Shown here one piece after another: positions 31,621 through 42,873 of a DNA stretch of 64,000 nt. The notes under the pieces were generated by a model. The model did not search any database. It saw only the letters and a program-made list of their open reading frames with translations, and was not told where the DNA came from. The translations under genes were made by a program, and so were the position numbers. Source of the stretch: Escherichia coli (GTDB lineage: Bacteria > Pseudomonadota > Gammaproteobacteria > Enterobacterales > Enterobacteriaceae); the NCBI RefSeq assembly GCF_001677475.2, contig NZ_CP015229.1; one strand, written 5' to 3'. The first letter of the stretch is position 1. Each line of letters begins with the position of its first letter.

Positions 31621-31710
31621 ATGAAAAACCGTGTTTATGAAAGTTTAACTACCGTGTTCAGCGTGCTGGTGGTCAGCAGCTTTCTTTATATCTGGTTTGC
31701 CACGTTCTGA
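31621..31710 (+). CDS. pmrR: Small membrane protein PmrR (29 aa); below the ORF-track cutoff
   Basis: atg aaa aac cgt ... ttc tga translates to MKNRVYESLTTVFSVLVVSSFLYIWFATF, a single TM helix; GGAGG Shine-Dalgarno; 3' end overlaps the convergent basS by 25 bp. Confidence 0.75.
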   Translation: MKNRVYESLTTVFSVLVVSSFLYIWFATF

Positions 31711-32786
31711 TCTTTCTTCAGCCGTACCCAGGCCCGCGTGCCGGAAGTCTCTTGCCGGTTCTGCAGGAAAAACTGCCCGTGATGCAACTGTGTAATGCGG
31801 CTGACAATACTTAACCCCAGACCAATCCCGCCATAACGGCTGTCCATACGTACAAACGCTTTACTCAACTCCCCGCATTTACTCTCATCAATACCCGGTC
31901 CTTCATCTTCAACGGCCATTACCGCTCCGCCATCTTCTTGCAGCTTAATCATAATGTTGCTGCCTTGCGGGCTGTAACGATGGGCGTTTTCTACCAGGTT
32001 TCGCAATAACATCCGCAGCAGGGTTGCGTCACCCTGAACGGTGATGTCGGCGGCGCTCTCTGGCAATAGCAGGGTTTGCTGGCGCTGGTCGAGCATGGTA
32101 CTGAGTTCGTCATACGAGGGGAGAATGACCTCTTCCAGCAGTTTTACATGTTGATAATTACCGGAAGAAAATGACTGTCCGGCGCGCGCCAGTTGTAACA
32201 GCTGGGAGACGCTCTCCATCATCTGATCAAGCCGTGCCACTAACGGTGCTACATCAATGTGATGCGTTTTCGCCAGCAGTTCCAGATGCAAACGCACCCC
32301 CGCCAGTGGCGTTCGCAGTTCGTGCGCGACGTCAGCGGTAAACAACCTTTCGTTATCCAGCGTGTTGGTCAGGCGACTGACCAGATCGTTTAACGCCGAA
32401 ACCACCGCTTCGATTTCGAGGGTGGCGCTGTGAATGGCAATGGGCGTTAAGTTGTCGGCGGTGCGCGCTTCCAGCTCTTTTTGCAGCTCCGCCAGCGGGC
32501 GGGTGATGCGATGCACCGCCTGATAGCAGATAAATAGCGTCAGGCTGACCATAAAGACGCCGGGGACAATCAGGCTGGCGACCGCCTCGCGGATCTCGCG
32601 CATAATGTGGCGATCGTTGTTGCGATTGTCGCGTAGCGCCTGCTCAAACAGCTGAATCTGCTCGGTACTTTCATGCCATAGCCAGAAGACGCTGATCAAC
32701 TCAAACACCAACAAAATGGCCCCGATGGTCAATATCAGCCGTTGGCGCAGCGATATTGGTCGGCGCAGAAAACGCATCAAATTCAA
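31686..32786 (-). CDS. basS: Two-component sensor histidine kinase BasS (PmrB)
   Basis: 366-aa ORF with two TM segments, HAMP, H-box (ADVAHELRTPL) and ATPase domain; exact start codon uncertain. Confidence 0.88.
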   Translation of the reverse strand: MNLMRFLRRPISLRQRLILTIGAILLVFELISVFWLWHESTEQIQLFEQALRDNRNNDRHIMREIREAVASLIVPGVFMVSLTLFICYQAVHRITRPLAELQKELEARTADNLTPIAIHSATLEIEAVVSALNDLVSRLTNTLDNERLFTADVAHELRTPLAGVRLHLELLAKTHHIDVAPLVARLDQMMESVSQLLQLARAGQSFSSGNYQHVKLLEEVILPSYDELSTMLDQRQQTLLLPESAADITVQGDATLLRMLLRNLVENAHRYSPQGSNIMIKLQEDGGAVMAVEDEGPGIDESKCGELSKAFVRMDSRYGGIGLGLSIVSRITQLHHGQFFLQNRQETSGTRAWVRLKKDQNVANQI

Positions 32787-33455
32787 TTAGTTTTCCTCTT
32801 TTGCGACCAGCATATAGCCAAAGCCGCGCACGGTGCGGATACGGGCTTTGCCCACTTTGTCGCGCAGATTGTGGATATGCACTTCCAGGGTGTTAGTCGA
32901 GGGTTCATTGTCCCAGTTATAGATGTCGTTGTAGAGAATTTCCCGATGCACCGGACTGCCTGCTTTGAGCATTAACCGTGACAGCAGAGCATATTCTTTG
33001 GGCGTCAGAATCAACTCTTCACCGCCCATCCATACCTGACGGCGACCCATATTCAGCGTCAGATTGCCAACAATCAGCTCACTTTCGCCCTGATTATTAT
33101 GGCGTCGTAGCAGGGCGCGGATACGGGCGTGCAACTCTTCCAGCGCGAACGGTTTTACCAGATAGTCGTCAGCCCCGACATCCAGCCCGGCGATTTTGTC
33201 TGTAAGGGTATCGCGGGCGGTGAGAATTAACACCGGCAGAGTGTATTTTTTCTGCCGGATACGGGCAAGAAAATGCAGCCCATCTTCATCGGGTAAGCCT
33301 AAATCCAGTACCACCAGGCTGTAATGACCGGCCTCAAGGCTTTGTTCCGCCATCCGCGCGGTTGTCACGCCATCGCACGCGTAGCCTTCGGTTTGCGCCG
33401 CCAGAATCAATCCCTGCAATAACAGCGTATCGTCTTCAACAATCAGAATTTTCAT
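32787..33455 (-). CDS. basR: Two-component response regulator BasR (PmrA), OmpR family
   Basis: 222-aa [19 protein letters not shown]...; receiver plus winged-helix domains. Confidence 0.92.
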   Translation of the reverse strand: MKILIVEDDTLLLQGLILAAQTEGYACDGVTTARMAEQSLEAGHYSLVVLDLGLPDEDGLHFLARIRQKKYTLPVLILTARDTLTDKIAGLDVGADDYLVKPFALEELHARIRALLRRHNNQGESELIVGNLTLNMGRRQVWMGGEELILTPKEYALLSRLMLKAGSPVHREILYNDIYNWDNEPSTNTLEVHIHNLRDKVGKARIRTVRGFGYMLVAKEEN

Positions 33456-35095
33456 TCACTCACTCTCCTGCAAGTTTGCAGAATATCATCCGCAGCCTGG
33501 TAATACTTCGTCTCAACGCCAGTTAATCCCAATAGCGTGGAGAATAAATTGTCTTGTGAATAGTGTTGCGTTTGCGCCTGTTTTTGCAGGCAGTTCTGGT
33601 CAACCTGATACCGTTTTTGATAATCCTCCGACAGCCACAGCAGCATTGGCACCTGTTTTTGGCTATCCGGGGCGATGGCATAAGGCAGACCGTGCAGATA
33701 GATGCCATTTTCACCTAACGATTCACCGTGGTCAGAAAGATAAACCAGGCTGGTGGTAAATTTATCCTGATGTTCTTTCAGCAGATTAATCGCTTTATCA
33801 ACAATATAGTCGACGTAAACCAGCGTGTTGTCGTAAGTGTTCACCAGTTGCTCTTTGGTACAGGTCTGGATCTCATTGGTGTCGCAGGTTGGGGTAAATT
33901 TCCTGAACTGCGGCGGATAGCGGTTGTAATAGGTCGGACCGTGGCTGCCGATGGTGTGTAAGACAATCACGCCATCACCCTGCAGGTTATTGATGTACTC
34001 TTCCAGCCCGTGGAACAGCACTTCGTCATAGCATTCGCCGTTGATGCACTGACCAGGCAGATTCAGCGCGGTGACGTTCTGGTGAGGCACGCGGTCGCAG
34101 GCACCTTTACAGCCACCATCGTTGTCATTCCACAGCACGTTGATGCCCGCTCGCTGAATGATATCCAGCACGCCTTCCTGGTGCTGTGCCAGCTCTTCTT
34201 TGTAATGCTCACGCGGCATATCCGAGAACATACACGGTACTGAAACTGCCGTTGCCGTGCCGCAAGATGCGGTATTAGGGAAATAGACCACGTTATCTTT
34301 CGCCAATCGCGGGTTAGTTTCACGCGGGTAGCCGTTGAGGGAGAAGTTCTCCGCCCGCGAGGTTTCGCCGACAATCAGGATGGTCAAATTTTTACGTTTT
34401 TCGTTCTGCATTAACGGGTTGCGGTGCGCGTCTTCACCAATTCGCACCAGCGGCAGATTTGCCAGTCGCTGATGGGAGTACCATGACCAGCTGGCAACAA
34501 TGCTGTTAGAGGGGCTTAAGGACTTCACCAGCTCTTTGTTGTTGCGGAACAACGAGGCGTAGTCTTTATAAAACAGTGCGGCGACCAGCAAAATCAGCAG
34601 TACAGAAACCAGAATATTGGCTCCACGGAAAAGAACACTGCGCAGACGCGAGGTGGCAGGTTTGATTTTTATCCAGCAGGCAATCAGCGCAGCAAGCACG
34701 CCGCTGAATCCCAGCGTTAATAACATTTGCGGTGTCATCAGCGCATAACTTTCTGCCGGAGTGGTATCAATAATATTGGCAATCATCGAGCGGTCGATGA
34801 CGATGCCGTAAGTCATTATGAAATATTGTGCAGCCGCGCCAACCAGAATAAACAGGCAGGCCAGCGGTCGATTAAGCCATAAGAAAGAGCTTAGTGTCAG
34901 GACAATATTAATCACGCTGAAGGCGACGACCGGCATCGACAAGAAAACCAGTACGTTATGCAGCGAGTCCAGCGGCAGCGCCTGCAACACCTGTTTAAAA
35001 AAGGCAATATTCAGGCAGATAGAGATATAAAAAGCGGCCAACAATAGCCAGGCGAGTAAATTCAAAGAGGGTCTTTTTAGTAGGCGCTTCAACAT
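33452..35095 (-). CDS. eptA: Lipid A phosphoethanolamine transferase EptA (PmrC)
   Basis: 547 aa from the ATG at 35095 ([18 protein letters not shown]...); N-terminal TM helices plus sulfatase-like domain; overlaps basR by 4 bp. Confidence 0.9.
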   Translation of the reverse strand: MLKRLLKRPSLNLLAWLLLAAFYISICLNIAFFKQVLQALPLDSLHNVLVFLSMPVVAFSVINIVLTLSSFLWLNRPLACLFILVGAAAQYFIMTYGIVIDRSMIANIIDTTPAESYALMTPQMLLTLGFSGVLAALIACWIKIKPATSRLRSVLFRGANILVSVLLILLVAALFYKDYASLFRNNKELVKSLSPSNSIVASWSWYSHQRLANLPLVRIGEDAHRNPLMQNEKRKNLTILIVGETSRAENFSLNGYPRETNPRLAKDNVVYFPNTASCGTATAVSVPCMFSDMPREHYKEELAQHQEGVLDIIQRAGINVLWNDNDGGCKGACDRVPHQNVTALNLPGQCINGECYDEVLFHGLEEYINNLQGDGVIVLHTIGSHGPTYYNRYPPQFRKFTPTCDTNEIQTCTKEQLVNTYDNTLVYVDYIVDKAINLLKEHQDKFTTSLVYLSDHGESLGENGIYLHGLPYAIAPDSQKQVPMLLWLSEDYQKRYQVDQNCLQKQAQTQHYSQDNLFSTLLGLTGVETKYYQAADDILQTCRRVSE

Positions 35096-35145
35096 CACGG
35101 TGTTTCCATCGAACAAAGTGCGCATATGCTCGCAAAGCAAAATTA

Positions 35146-35174
35146 AGCCAACCTTAAGTTCTTAAGGTTGGCTT
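35146..35174 (-). terminator. Palindromic terminator downstream of adiC
   Basis: aagccaaccttaag-ttc-ttaaggttggctt, a 13-bp perfect stem flanked by T-runs on both strands. Confidence 0.6.
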
Positions 35175-35198
35175 TTATGTGTGCTGGATTAAGGGGAA

Positions 35199-36536
35199 TT
35201 AATCTTTGCTTATTGGTGCATCTAAGGGATACGGGTTTTTATGCAGCCTGTTGTAATTCAGCGCATACATGGCGGTGATGACCATCAGGGTGACAAATGA
35301 CCACATAACCTCTTTCGCCCCGGACCCCACAACGGCCCAAATGCAGTAGAGGAAGGCAATGGTAGTAACAGCCAGATATGCCGGGCGTGCTTTACCAAAG
35401 TGACCGTGGCCGAGCAGCAGTAACGCCGCACAGGTGTAAAGATATGGCACCAGTGTAAAGATGACCGAGACGGAAGAAACCAGACCGAACTCTTTGGTCG
35501 CGTTTGGTGAAATGCTGCTGAGCTGGAAGATGGTCATCAAAATACCGACGATAATCAGCCCCGCCACTGGCGTACCCGCTTTATTTACACGGGCAAAAAT
35601 CGGTGGGAACAGTCCGTCATCGGCAGCGGCTTTCGCCGTTTGACCCGCCAGCAATGTCCAGCCGCCCAGTGAACCTAAGCAACCCGCAGCTGCGCAGAAG
35701 GAAACAATGGCCCCGGCGGTGTCACCCAACGCCATCCGTGCGGCATCACCGAATGGCGAGGCAGAAACGCGCAGTGCGGCATTAGGGATCATCCCCATAA
35801 TCGCGGTGGTGGAGAGTACATAGCAAACGGCGGCAATCAATACCCCACCAATGGTGGCGATAGGGACATTGCGTTTCGGGTTTTTCACCACACCTGCGGC
35901 AACGGAGGCACTTTCCACACCGATGAACGACCACAGCGTAACGTTAAGGGTACTTTGAATTGCACCGAAGGTGCCCAGGCCGCTGACGTTCCATGCCGCC
36001 ATATAGGTTTCACCACGGAACCAGAACCAGCCAAATACGGCAATCCCGACGATGGGGATCAGCGCCAGCACGGTGGCAACGGCCTGCACGCGGGTGATCA
36101 TTTTCGGACCGACAATGTTCAGCAGGACGAAGATCCACAGCACCACGACGCAGGTGATGGTTAATACCAGTGGATCTTTCAGAATCGGGAAGAAGTAACT
36201 TAAATATCCTACGCCAATGACCACCATGGCGATATTGCCGATCCAGCAGGCCAGCCAGTAGAGGACGTTGGTTTGATAACCGAGAAACGGGCCAAAGCAG
36301 CGGCGGGCGTAAGCGTAAGAACCACCAGGACTTGGGTCGAGGAACGACATTTTGGCGTATACCATCGAGAGCCCCAGCGCACCGATAATCGTCACCAACC
36401 ATCCATAAATGGCAATCCCGCCAGTGGAGGCCAGGTTTGCAGGTAACAGAAAAACACCTGACCCCATAATATTCCCCGACACCATCAGGGTGACGGGGAT
36501 TAAGCCCACTTTGTGAGCATCAGCATCCGAAGACAT
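35199..36536 (-). CDS. adiC: Arginine:agmatine antiporter (APC family)
   Basis: 445-aa 12-[34 protein letters not shown]... Confidence 0.93.
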
Positions 36537-36672
36537 AATTAAACTCCTGCGAAGGCGAGCTTCGTGACAATAAATTACGTCATATCATACGCCTGCATTC
36601 GATAGTTGAATTATTATCGACCGGGTTATCGCTGATGCCGTTATTAATATAGCTCTTCGTTAAGGTTAAAAA

Positions 36673-37434
36673 TCAGGCGACAGTGCGTTCTCTGTGCTGA
36701 CTAACATAATGCAGCGGCGTCATACCGTAGAAGTCTTTAAAGACAGAAATAAAGTACGACGTACTGTTGTAGCCGCAGGACTGTGATACCTGAGAGATAT
36801 TTTTACCGTCCATCATTAATTCATTTACGGCATAACGCATGCGGCAGGTGGTGATTATTTGGCTATAACTGGTGTTTTCGCTTTTCAGCTTTTTCTTTAA
36901 CAGACTCGGGCTAAGACATAAACAACTGGCTACCATACTAAGATTCCAGTCTTTGTGGATATCGCTTTCAATAATTTGATAAACGCTGTCACTTACACAA
37001 TTACGTAACATATACATCATTAATGAAAGGAATTTTTTACTGTCGAGAAAACGGGATAGCACAGTGAATAATAATGCGCGTGTTCGTTCCTTTTCTGACT
37101 CAGTTTCAGCGGGCATCATGCTGTGTTGCGCGGCAACGCGAAAGACGTCTGGCGTCAGGCATGGCAGGGTGAGGATGGGCGTAGCACTACGTTGCCATAC
37201 TGGTATTTGCGAGAGATCTTTATTCAGAAACCGGAGGTAATCTTTGATGATGTCGTGACTAATATGAGCAACCAAAGTGTTATTAAGAGAGGAGACGTCG
37301 ATAATATTATTTTCACAATTTAATAACGCCATATGGTTAGCTTTAAGGCTAATAGGTTCTTTCCCATTCACCCTTATCCAGACATCTTTTTCAGTCAATA
37401 AAACAATACAAGGTTGGTCGCTGCAAATCCTCAT
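36673..37434 (-). CDS. adiY: AraC-family transcriptional activator AdiY
   Basis: 253-aa ORF with C-terminal AraC-type HTH. Confidence 0.88.
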   Translation of the reverse strand: MRICSDQPCIVLLTEKDVWIRVNGKEPISLKANHMALLNCENNIIDVSSLNNTLVAHISHDIIKDYLRFLNKDLSQIPVWQRSATPILTLPCLTPDVFRVAAQHSMMPAETESEKERTRALLFTVLSRFLDSKKFLSLMMYMLRNCVSDSVYQIIESDIHKDWNLSMVASCLCLSPSLLKKKLKSENTSYSQIITTCRMRYAVNELMMDGKNISQVSQSCGYNSTSYFISVFKDFYGMTPLHYVSQHRERTVA

Positions 37435-37758
37435 ACATGTACTCCTGAGTGCGAATAAAAGACCAGTTCTCGCTAAAGCAAAGCGATACCGGGAAATGGT
37501 TATATAATTGTATGATGAATATAAACATGCATAAAAATAACGAGTTTTACTAATATTACAAATTTTTATAGTAATTTCTCATGTACATATTTTTTTACAG
37601 GGTAAATAACAGGCAAAAAAAAGCGCGGGGTGGGGCCGCGCAAAAAGTATGACATTTTTGTTTGCAGCAATTTTTATGAAAACGTTGCCATACTCAAAAG
37701 GCCTAAGGCCAGGCGGCGTAATGTTATTTAAACAATTACGCCTTCAGCGGAATAGTGG

Positions 37759-40026
37759 TTACGCTTTCACACACATAACGTGGTAAATACCGTCAATAAT
37801 TTCAGTCCCTTCAGTTTCGTGTTCAAATCCAGGGAAATGATGATCCCAGGATTGCAGCGAGCGTAAATAACTTACTTGCGGACTGTTTTTATCGCCGAAG
37901 TTTTCACCAGACAGCAGCATCGGGATTCCTGGCGGATACGGGATAACTGAGTTTGCCGCAATGCGTCCTGGCAGATTTTCAATGGATACCAGTTCGACAT
38001 TGTTGTCGACAATTGCGTTGTACGCTTCTCGCGGGGTGATTTCCGCCACCGGCAGGCCGGAATAGGCTTCGTTCAACCGTGCGCCAGGGTTGTTTTCTTT
38101 CAGCCAGGCAAACATGGTGTCACCCAGATCGTGAATCCCCATGTTCGCGTAAGTGTCAGGATATTGTTCAACAAGTTCCGGCATCACCTGCGCCAGCGGT
38201 GTGTTGGCGTCATAGTGGCGTTTGAAGGAGCAAAGGGTGTTAACCAGAGTCCCCCATTTCCCACGGGTTACGCCCATAGAGAACAGGAACATAATTTGGA
38301 AGTCAGTGGTGCGGGTAGGCACAATGCCGTGGCGACCAAGCCAGGCAGTGACCAGCGCCGCCGGAACACCGGTTTCTTCCAGTTCACCATCTTCACCCAT
38401 TCCCGGAGCAAGGATGCTGACTTTAATTGGGTCGAGCATACTCCAGTTATCCGGAATATCTTTGAAGCCGTGCCAGCTTTCGCCCGGATGCATTACCCAG
38501 CAGTCCTGAACGGTGGTCAGCAGTTTGGTTGGTGCGTCAGCAAAGTCATAGGTTTTGCCGGTTTGTGGGTCGGTGACGACTTCTTTGTTCCACGGTTTGA
38601 AGAACCAGCTACCGTCAGCGGTGAACTCTTTATACAGCCGCGCCATCGCCTGACGGAAATCAACCGCTTCGTCGATCACTTCCTGCGTCAGTGACAGGCC
38701 GCTGTTGCCGTCCATCATCGACACCGCCACGTCGTTGGATGCGCAGATGGCATACAGCGGGGAGGTGGTGGCATGCATCATGTAGGCCTGGTTGAAGCGG
38801 GAGAAGTTAATCGCCCCACGACCTTCACGTACATGAATATAAGAAGCCTGTGAAAGCGCATTCAGCAGTTTGTGGGTGGAATGGGTGGCGAAAACAGTAG
38901 GACCGTTGTGATCGCCAGGTTCGCCGCGCATGGCATAGTGATCGGCATAGATCGGGTTGAAACGTGCATAGCCGTACCAGGCTTCGTCAAAGTGCAGACG
39001 ATCGGAGGTTTTTTCCAGCAGATCCTGCGCTTCTTTAGCGTTATAACACACGCCGTCATAGGTGCAGTTGGTCACCACGCAGTAAGACGGTTTTTGCCCG
39101 GCTTTGTCTTTGGTCAGCGGGCTTTCACTGATTTTCTTCTGCAAGGTTTCAGGTTGCATTTCTTGCGGATAGATTGGCCCGATAATGCCGTAGCGGTTGC
39201 GGCTTGGCACCATGTAGACCGGTTTCGCGCCTGTCAGCATCAAGCCTTGTTCGATGGATTTATGGCAGTTACGGTCAACGACCACGACATCGTTATCGGT
39301 CATGCAAGCCTGCATGATGGTGCGGTTAGAGCCGGAAGTACCGACGACTACCGACCAGGAGCGATCGGCACCAAATACGCGTGCGGCATATTTTTCGCTT
39401 TCGCCAAATGCGCCAGTATGGTCAAGCAAAGAACCGAGGGAAGTTCGTTCGATGCCCATGTCGGTGCGGAACAGGTTTTCACCATAGTAGTCATGGTAGA
39501 AACGTCCGGCGGGTGTTTTGGTAAAACCAACGCCACCCTGGTGGCCTGGCGCTGCCCAGGAATATTCATGGATGTCGCTATATTTCATCAGCGCGCTGAA
39601 CAGTGGCGGCAACAGTTGCTGGCGGTAGCGGGTCATCGCGGCAACGGCGCGTCCGGCGATAAAGTCGGCGGTATCTTCCAGAATCCAGGCGAATTCATCG
39701 ACAAGCTCCAGCAGATCCCGGTCCATTGCGGCGAGGGCTTTTTCCCGATCGCCCAACAGGAAGACCGGCACGTTTTGTTGGCGCTCATGAAGCTTACCGA
39801 TCAATTGTCTGACGTTTTGATGTTCGTCCGGATGTTCCATTTGATAGCTGAACATCAGGCAGTCAATGGCTTCGTTTGAAGAGAGAATGGCAAAACCATC
39901 ATCAAAGGAGGTGGATTTAATCACGGTAACATTTTGCTGGCTTAAAGCATCTGCCAGACGCTCAACGGCGTTACCGACCCAGGTGTCTTGATGGAGAAAC
40001 TCGCTTTCAACAATTAATACTTTCAT
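37759..40026 (-). CDS. adiA: Biodegradative (acid-inducible) arginine decarboxylase
   Basis: 755 aa from the ATG at 40026 (MKVLIVESEFLHQDTW...); PLP-lysine motif FATHSTHKLL. Confidence 0.93.
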   Translation of the reverse strand: MKVLIVESEFLHQDTWVGNAVERLADALSQQNVTVIKSTSFDDGFAILSSNEAIDCLMFSYQMEHPDEHQNVRQLIGKLHERQQNVPVFLLGDREKALAAMDRDLLELVDEFAWILEDTADFIAGRAVAAMTRYRQQLLPPLFSALMKYSDIHEYSWAAPGHQGGVGFTKTPAGRFYHDYYGENLFRTDMGIERTSLGSLLDHTGAFGESEKYAARVFGADRSWSVVVGTSGSNRTIMQACMTDNDVVVVDRNCHKSIEQGLMLTGAKPVYMVPSRNRYGIIGPIYPQEMQPETLQKKISESPLTKDKAGQKPSYCVVTNCTYDGVCYNAKEAQDLLEKTSDRLHFDEAWYGYARFNPIYADHYAMRGEPGDHNGPTVFATHSTHKLLNALSQASYIHVREGRGAINFSRFNQAYMMHATTSPLYAICASNDVAVSMMDGNSGLSLTQEVIDEAVDFRQAMARLYKEFTADGSWFFKPWNKEVVTDPQTGKTYDFADAPTKLLTTVQDCWVMHPGESWHGFKDIPDNWSMLDPIKVSILAPGMGEDGELEETGVPAALVTAWLGRHGIVPTRTTDFQIMFLFSMGVTRGKWGTLVNTLCSFKRHYDANTPLAQVMPELVEQYPDTYANMGIHDLGDTMFAWLKENNPGARLNEAYSGLPVAEITPREAYNAIVDNNVELVSIENLPGRIAANSVIPYPPGIPMLLSGENFGDKNSPQVSYLRSLQSWDHHFPGFEHETEGTEIIDGIYHVMCVKA

Positions 40027-40224
40027 CATTGCTTACCCGGTTATGAAGGAATCTTCGTTGCGGGCAAGTATCTTCCGGCCTTTTCGGGCTGTAAAGCGCG
40101 TGAAAAATAAACATTTTTGAAATATTTGTTTTTATAAACAATATGTTATGTGATTATTTTAAATTATTTTCACTGCTTATTATCGACGGCTAAACTATTT
40201 TTTTGGCTGATACTGATATCGTCT

Positions 40225-41133
40225 TTAGCCGGGAAACGTCTGGCGGCGCTGTTGGCTAAGTTTGCGGTATTGTTGCGGTGACATGCCGACATATTTGCCG
40301 AACGTGCTGTAAAAACGGCTACTCGAACGAAAGCCTGCCGTCAGGGCAATATCGAGAATACTTTTATCGGTATCGCTCAGTAACGCGCGAACGTGGTTGA
40401 TGCGCATCGCGGTTATGTACTGTTTCATCGTCAATTGCATGACCCGCTGGAATATCCCCATTGCATAGTTGGCGTTAAGTTTGACGTGCTCAGCCACATC
40501 GTTGATGGTCAGCGCCTGATCATAGTTTTCGGCAATAAAGCCCAGCATCTGGCTAACATAAAATTGCGCATGGCGCGAGACGCTGTTTTTATGTGTGCGC
40601 GAGGTTTTATTGACCAGAATCGGTTCCCAGCCAGAGAGGCTAAATCGCTTGAGCATCAGGCCAATTTCATCAATGGCGAGCTGGCGAATTTGCTCGTTCG
40701 GACTGTTCAATTCCTGCTGCCAGCGGCGCACTTCAAACGGACTAAGTTGCTGTGTCGCCAGTGATTTGATCACCATACCGTGAGTGACGTGGTTAATCAG
40801 GTCTTTATCCAGCGGCCAGGAGAGAAACAGATGCATCGGCAGATTAAAAATCGCCATGCTCTGACAGGTTCCGGTATCTGTTAGTTGGTGCGGTGTACAG
40901 GCCCAGAACAGCGTGATATGACCCTGATTGATATTCACTTTTTCATTGTTGATCAGATATTCCACATCGCCATCGAAAGGCACATTCACTTCGACCTGAC
41001 CATGCCAGTGGCTGGTGGGCATGATATGCGGTGCGCGAAACTCAATCTCCATCCGCTGGTATTCCGAATACAGCGACAGCGGGCTGCGGGTCTGTTTTTC
41101 GTCACTGCTGCACATAAACGTATCTGTATTCAT
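40225..41133 (-). CDS. melR: AraC-family melibiose operon activator MelR
   Basis: 302-aa ORF; divergent from melA. Confidence 0.9.
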   Translation of the reverse strand: MNTDTFMCSSDEKQTRSPLSLYSEYQRMEIEFRAPHIMPTSHWHGQVEVNVPFDGDVEYLINNEKVNINQGHITLFWACTPHQLTDTGTCQSMAIFNLPMHLFLSWPLDKDLINHVTHGMVIKSLATQQLSPFEVRRWQQELNSPNEQIRQLAIDEIGLMLKRFSLSGWEPILVNKTSRTHKNSVSRHAQFYVSQMLGFIAENYDQALTINDVAEHVKLNANYAMGIFQRVMQLTMKQYITAMRINHVRALLSDTDKSILDIALTAGFRSSSRFYSTFGKYVGMSPQQYRKLSQQRRQTFPG

Positions 41134-41415
41134 GGAGGACTCTCTTTCCTAGAATATCAGAATTATGGCAGGAGTGAGGGAGGATGACTGCGAGTGGGAG
41201 CACGGTTTTCACCCTCTTTTCAGAGAGGCGAGGGGACTGTCCGAGCATCATGAGGCCGAAAACTCTGCTTTTCAGGTAATTTATTCCCATAAACTCAGAT
41301 TTACTGCTGCTTCACGCAGGATCTGAGTTTATGGGAATGCTCAACCTGGAAGCCGGAGGTTTTCTGCAGATTCGCCTGCCATGATGAAGTTATTCAAGCA
41401 AGCCAGGAGATCTGC
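41134..41415. promoter_or_regulatory. melR/melAB divergent promoter region
   Basis: 282-bp spacer between divergent melR and melA; known to carry MelR and CRP sites. Individual sites not resolved here. Confidence 0.5.
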
Positions 41416-42771
41416 ATGATGTCTGCACCCAAAATTACATTTATCGGCGCTGGTTCGACGATTTTCGTTAAAAATATTCTTGGTGATGTGTTCCATCGCG
41501 AGGCGCTGAAAACGGCGCATATTGCCCTGATGGACATTGACCCCACCCGCCTGGAAGAGTCGCATATTGTGGTGCGTAAGCTGATGGATTCAGCAGGGGC
41601 CAGCGGCAAAATCACCTGCCACACCCAACAGAAAGAAGCCTTACAGGATGCCGATTTTGTCGTGGTGGCATTTCAGATTGGCGGTTATGAACCTTGCACG
41701 GTGACTGATTTCGAGGTCTGTAAGCGGCATGGTCTGGAACAAACCATTGCCGATACGTTGGGGCCGGGCGGTATTATGCGCGCGCTACGTACCATTCCGC
41801 ATCTGTGGCAAATTTGCGAGGACATGACGGAAGTCTGCCCCGATGCCACCATGCTCAACTACGTTAACCCAATGGCGATGAATACCTGGGCGATGTATGC
41901 CCGCTATCCGCATATCAAACAGGTCGGGCTGTGCCATTCGGTGCAGGGAACGGCGGAAGAGCTGGCGCGTGATCTCAATATCGACCCGGCTACGCTGCGT
42001 TACCGTTGCGCAGGTATCAACCATATGGCGTTTTACCTGGAACTGGAGCGTAAAACCGCCGACGGCAGTTACGTGAATCTCTACCCGGAACTGCTGGCGG
42101 CTTATGAAGCAGGGCAGGCACCGAAGCCGAATATTCATGGCAATACTCGCTGCCAGAATATTGTGCGCTACGAAATGTTCAAAAAGCTGGGCTACTTCGT
42201 CACGGAATCGTCAGAACATTTTGCTGAGTACACGCCGTGGTTTATTAAGCCAGGTCGTGAGGATTTGATTGAGCGTTATAAAGTACCGCTGGATGAGTAC
42301 CCGAAACGCTGCGTCGAGCAGCTGGCGAACTGGCATAAAGAGCTGGAGGAGTATAAGAACGCCTCCCGGATTGATATTAAACCGTCACGGGAATATGCCA
42401 GCACAATCATGAACGCTATCTGGACTGGCGAGCCGAGTGTGATTTACGGCAACGTCCGTAACGATGGTTTGATTGATAACCTGCCACAAGGATGTTGCGT
42501 GGAAGTAGCCTGTCTGGTTGATGCTAATGGCATTCAGCCGACCAAAGTCGGTACGCTACCTTCGCATCTGGCCGCTCTGATGCAAACCAACATCAACGTA
42601 CAGACGCTGCTGACCGAAGCCATTCTTACGGAAAATCGCGACCGTGTTTACCACGCCGCAATGATGGACCCGCATACTGCCGCCGTGCTGGGCATTGACG
42701 AAATATATGCTCTTGTTGACGACCTGATTGCCGCCCACGGCGACTGGCTGCCAGGCTGGTTGCACCGTTAA
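41416..42771 (+). CDS. melA: Alpha-galactosidase (NAD/Mn-dependent, GH4)
   Basis: 451-aa ORF MMSAPKITFIGAGSTIF... with Rossmann GxGS motif. Confidence 0.93.
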   Translation: MMSAPKITFIGAGSTIFVKNILGDVFHREALKTAHIALMDIDPTRLEESHIVVRKLMDSAGASGKITCHTQQKEALQDADFVVVAFQIGGYEPCTVTDFEVCKRHGLEQTIADTLGPGGIMRALRTIPHLWQICEDMTEVCPDATMLNYVNPMAMNTWAMYARYPHIKQVGLCHSVQGTAEELARDLNIDPATLRYRCAGINHMAFYLELERKTADGSYVNLYPELLAAYEAGQAPKPNIHGNTRCQNIVRYEMFKKLGYFVTESSEHFAEYTPWFIKPGREDLIERYKVPLDEYPKRCVEQLANWHKELEEYKNASRIDIKPSREYASTIMNAIWTGEPSVIYGNVRNDGLIDNLPQGCCVEVACLVDANGIQPTKVGTLPSHLAALMQTNINVQTLLTEAILTENRDRVYHAAMMDPHTAAVLGIDEIYALVDDLIAAHGDWLPGWLHR

Positions 42772-42873
42772 AACGCGACTAAACGCTACTGCGCCGGGGG
42801 ATTTATTCCGGCGCACACCTCTGACGATACCAATAACAGAAGGCGGGCGTTGGTAACAACGACCCGATACCCT

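Noticed and set aside
38872-39879. 335-aa plus-strand ORF
   Set aside because: Antisense to adiA.
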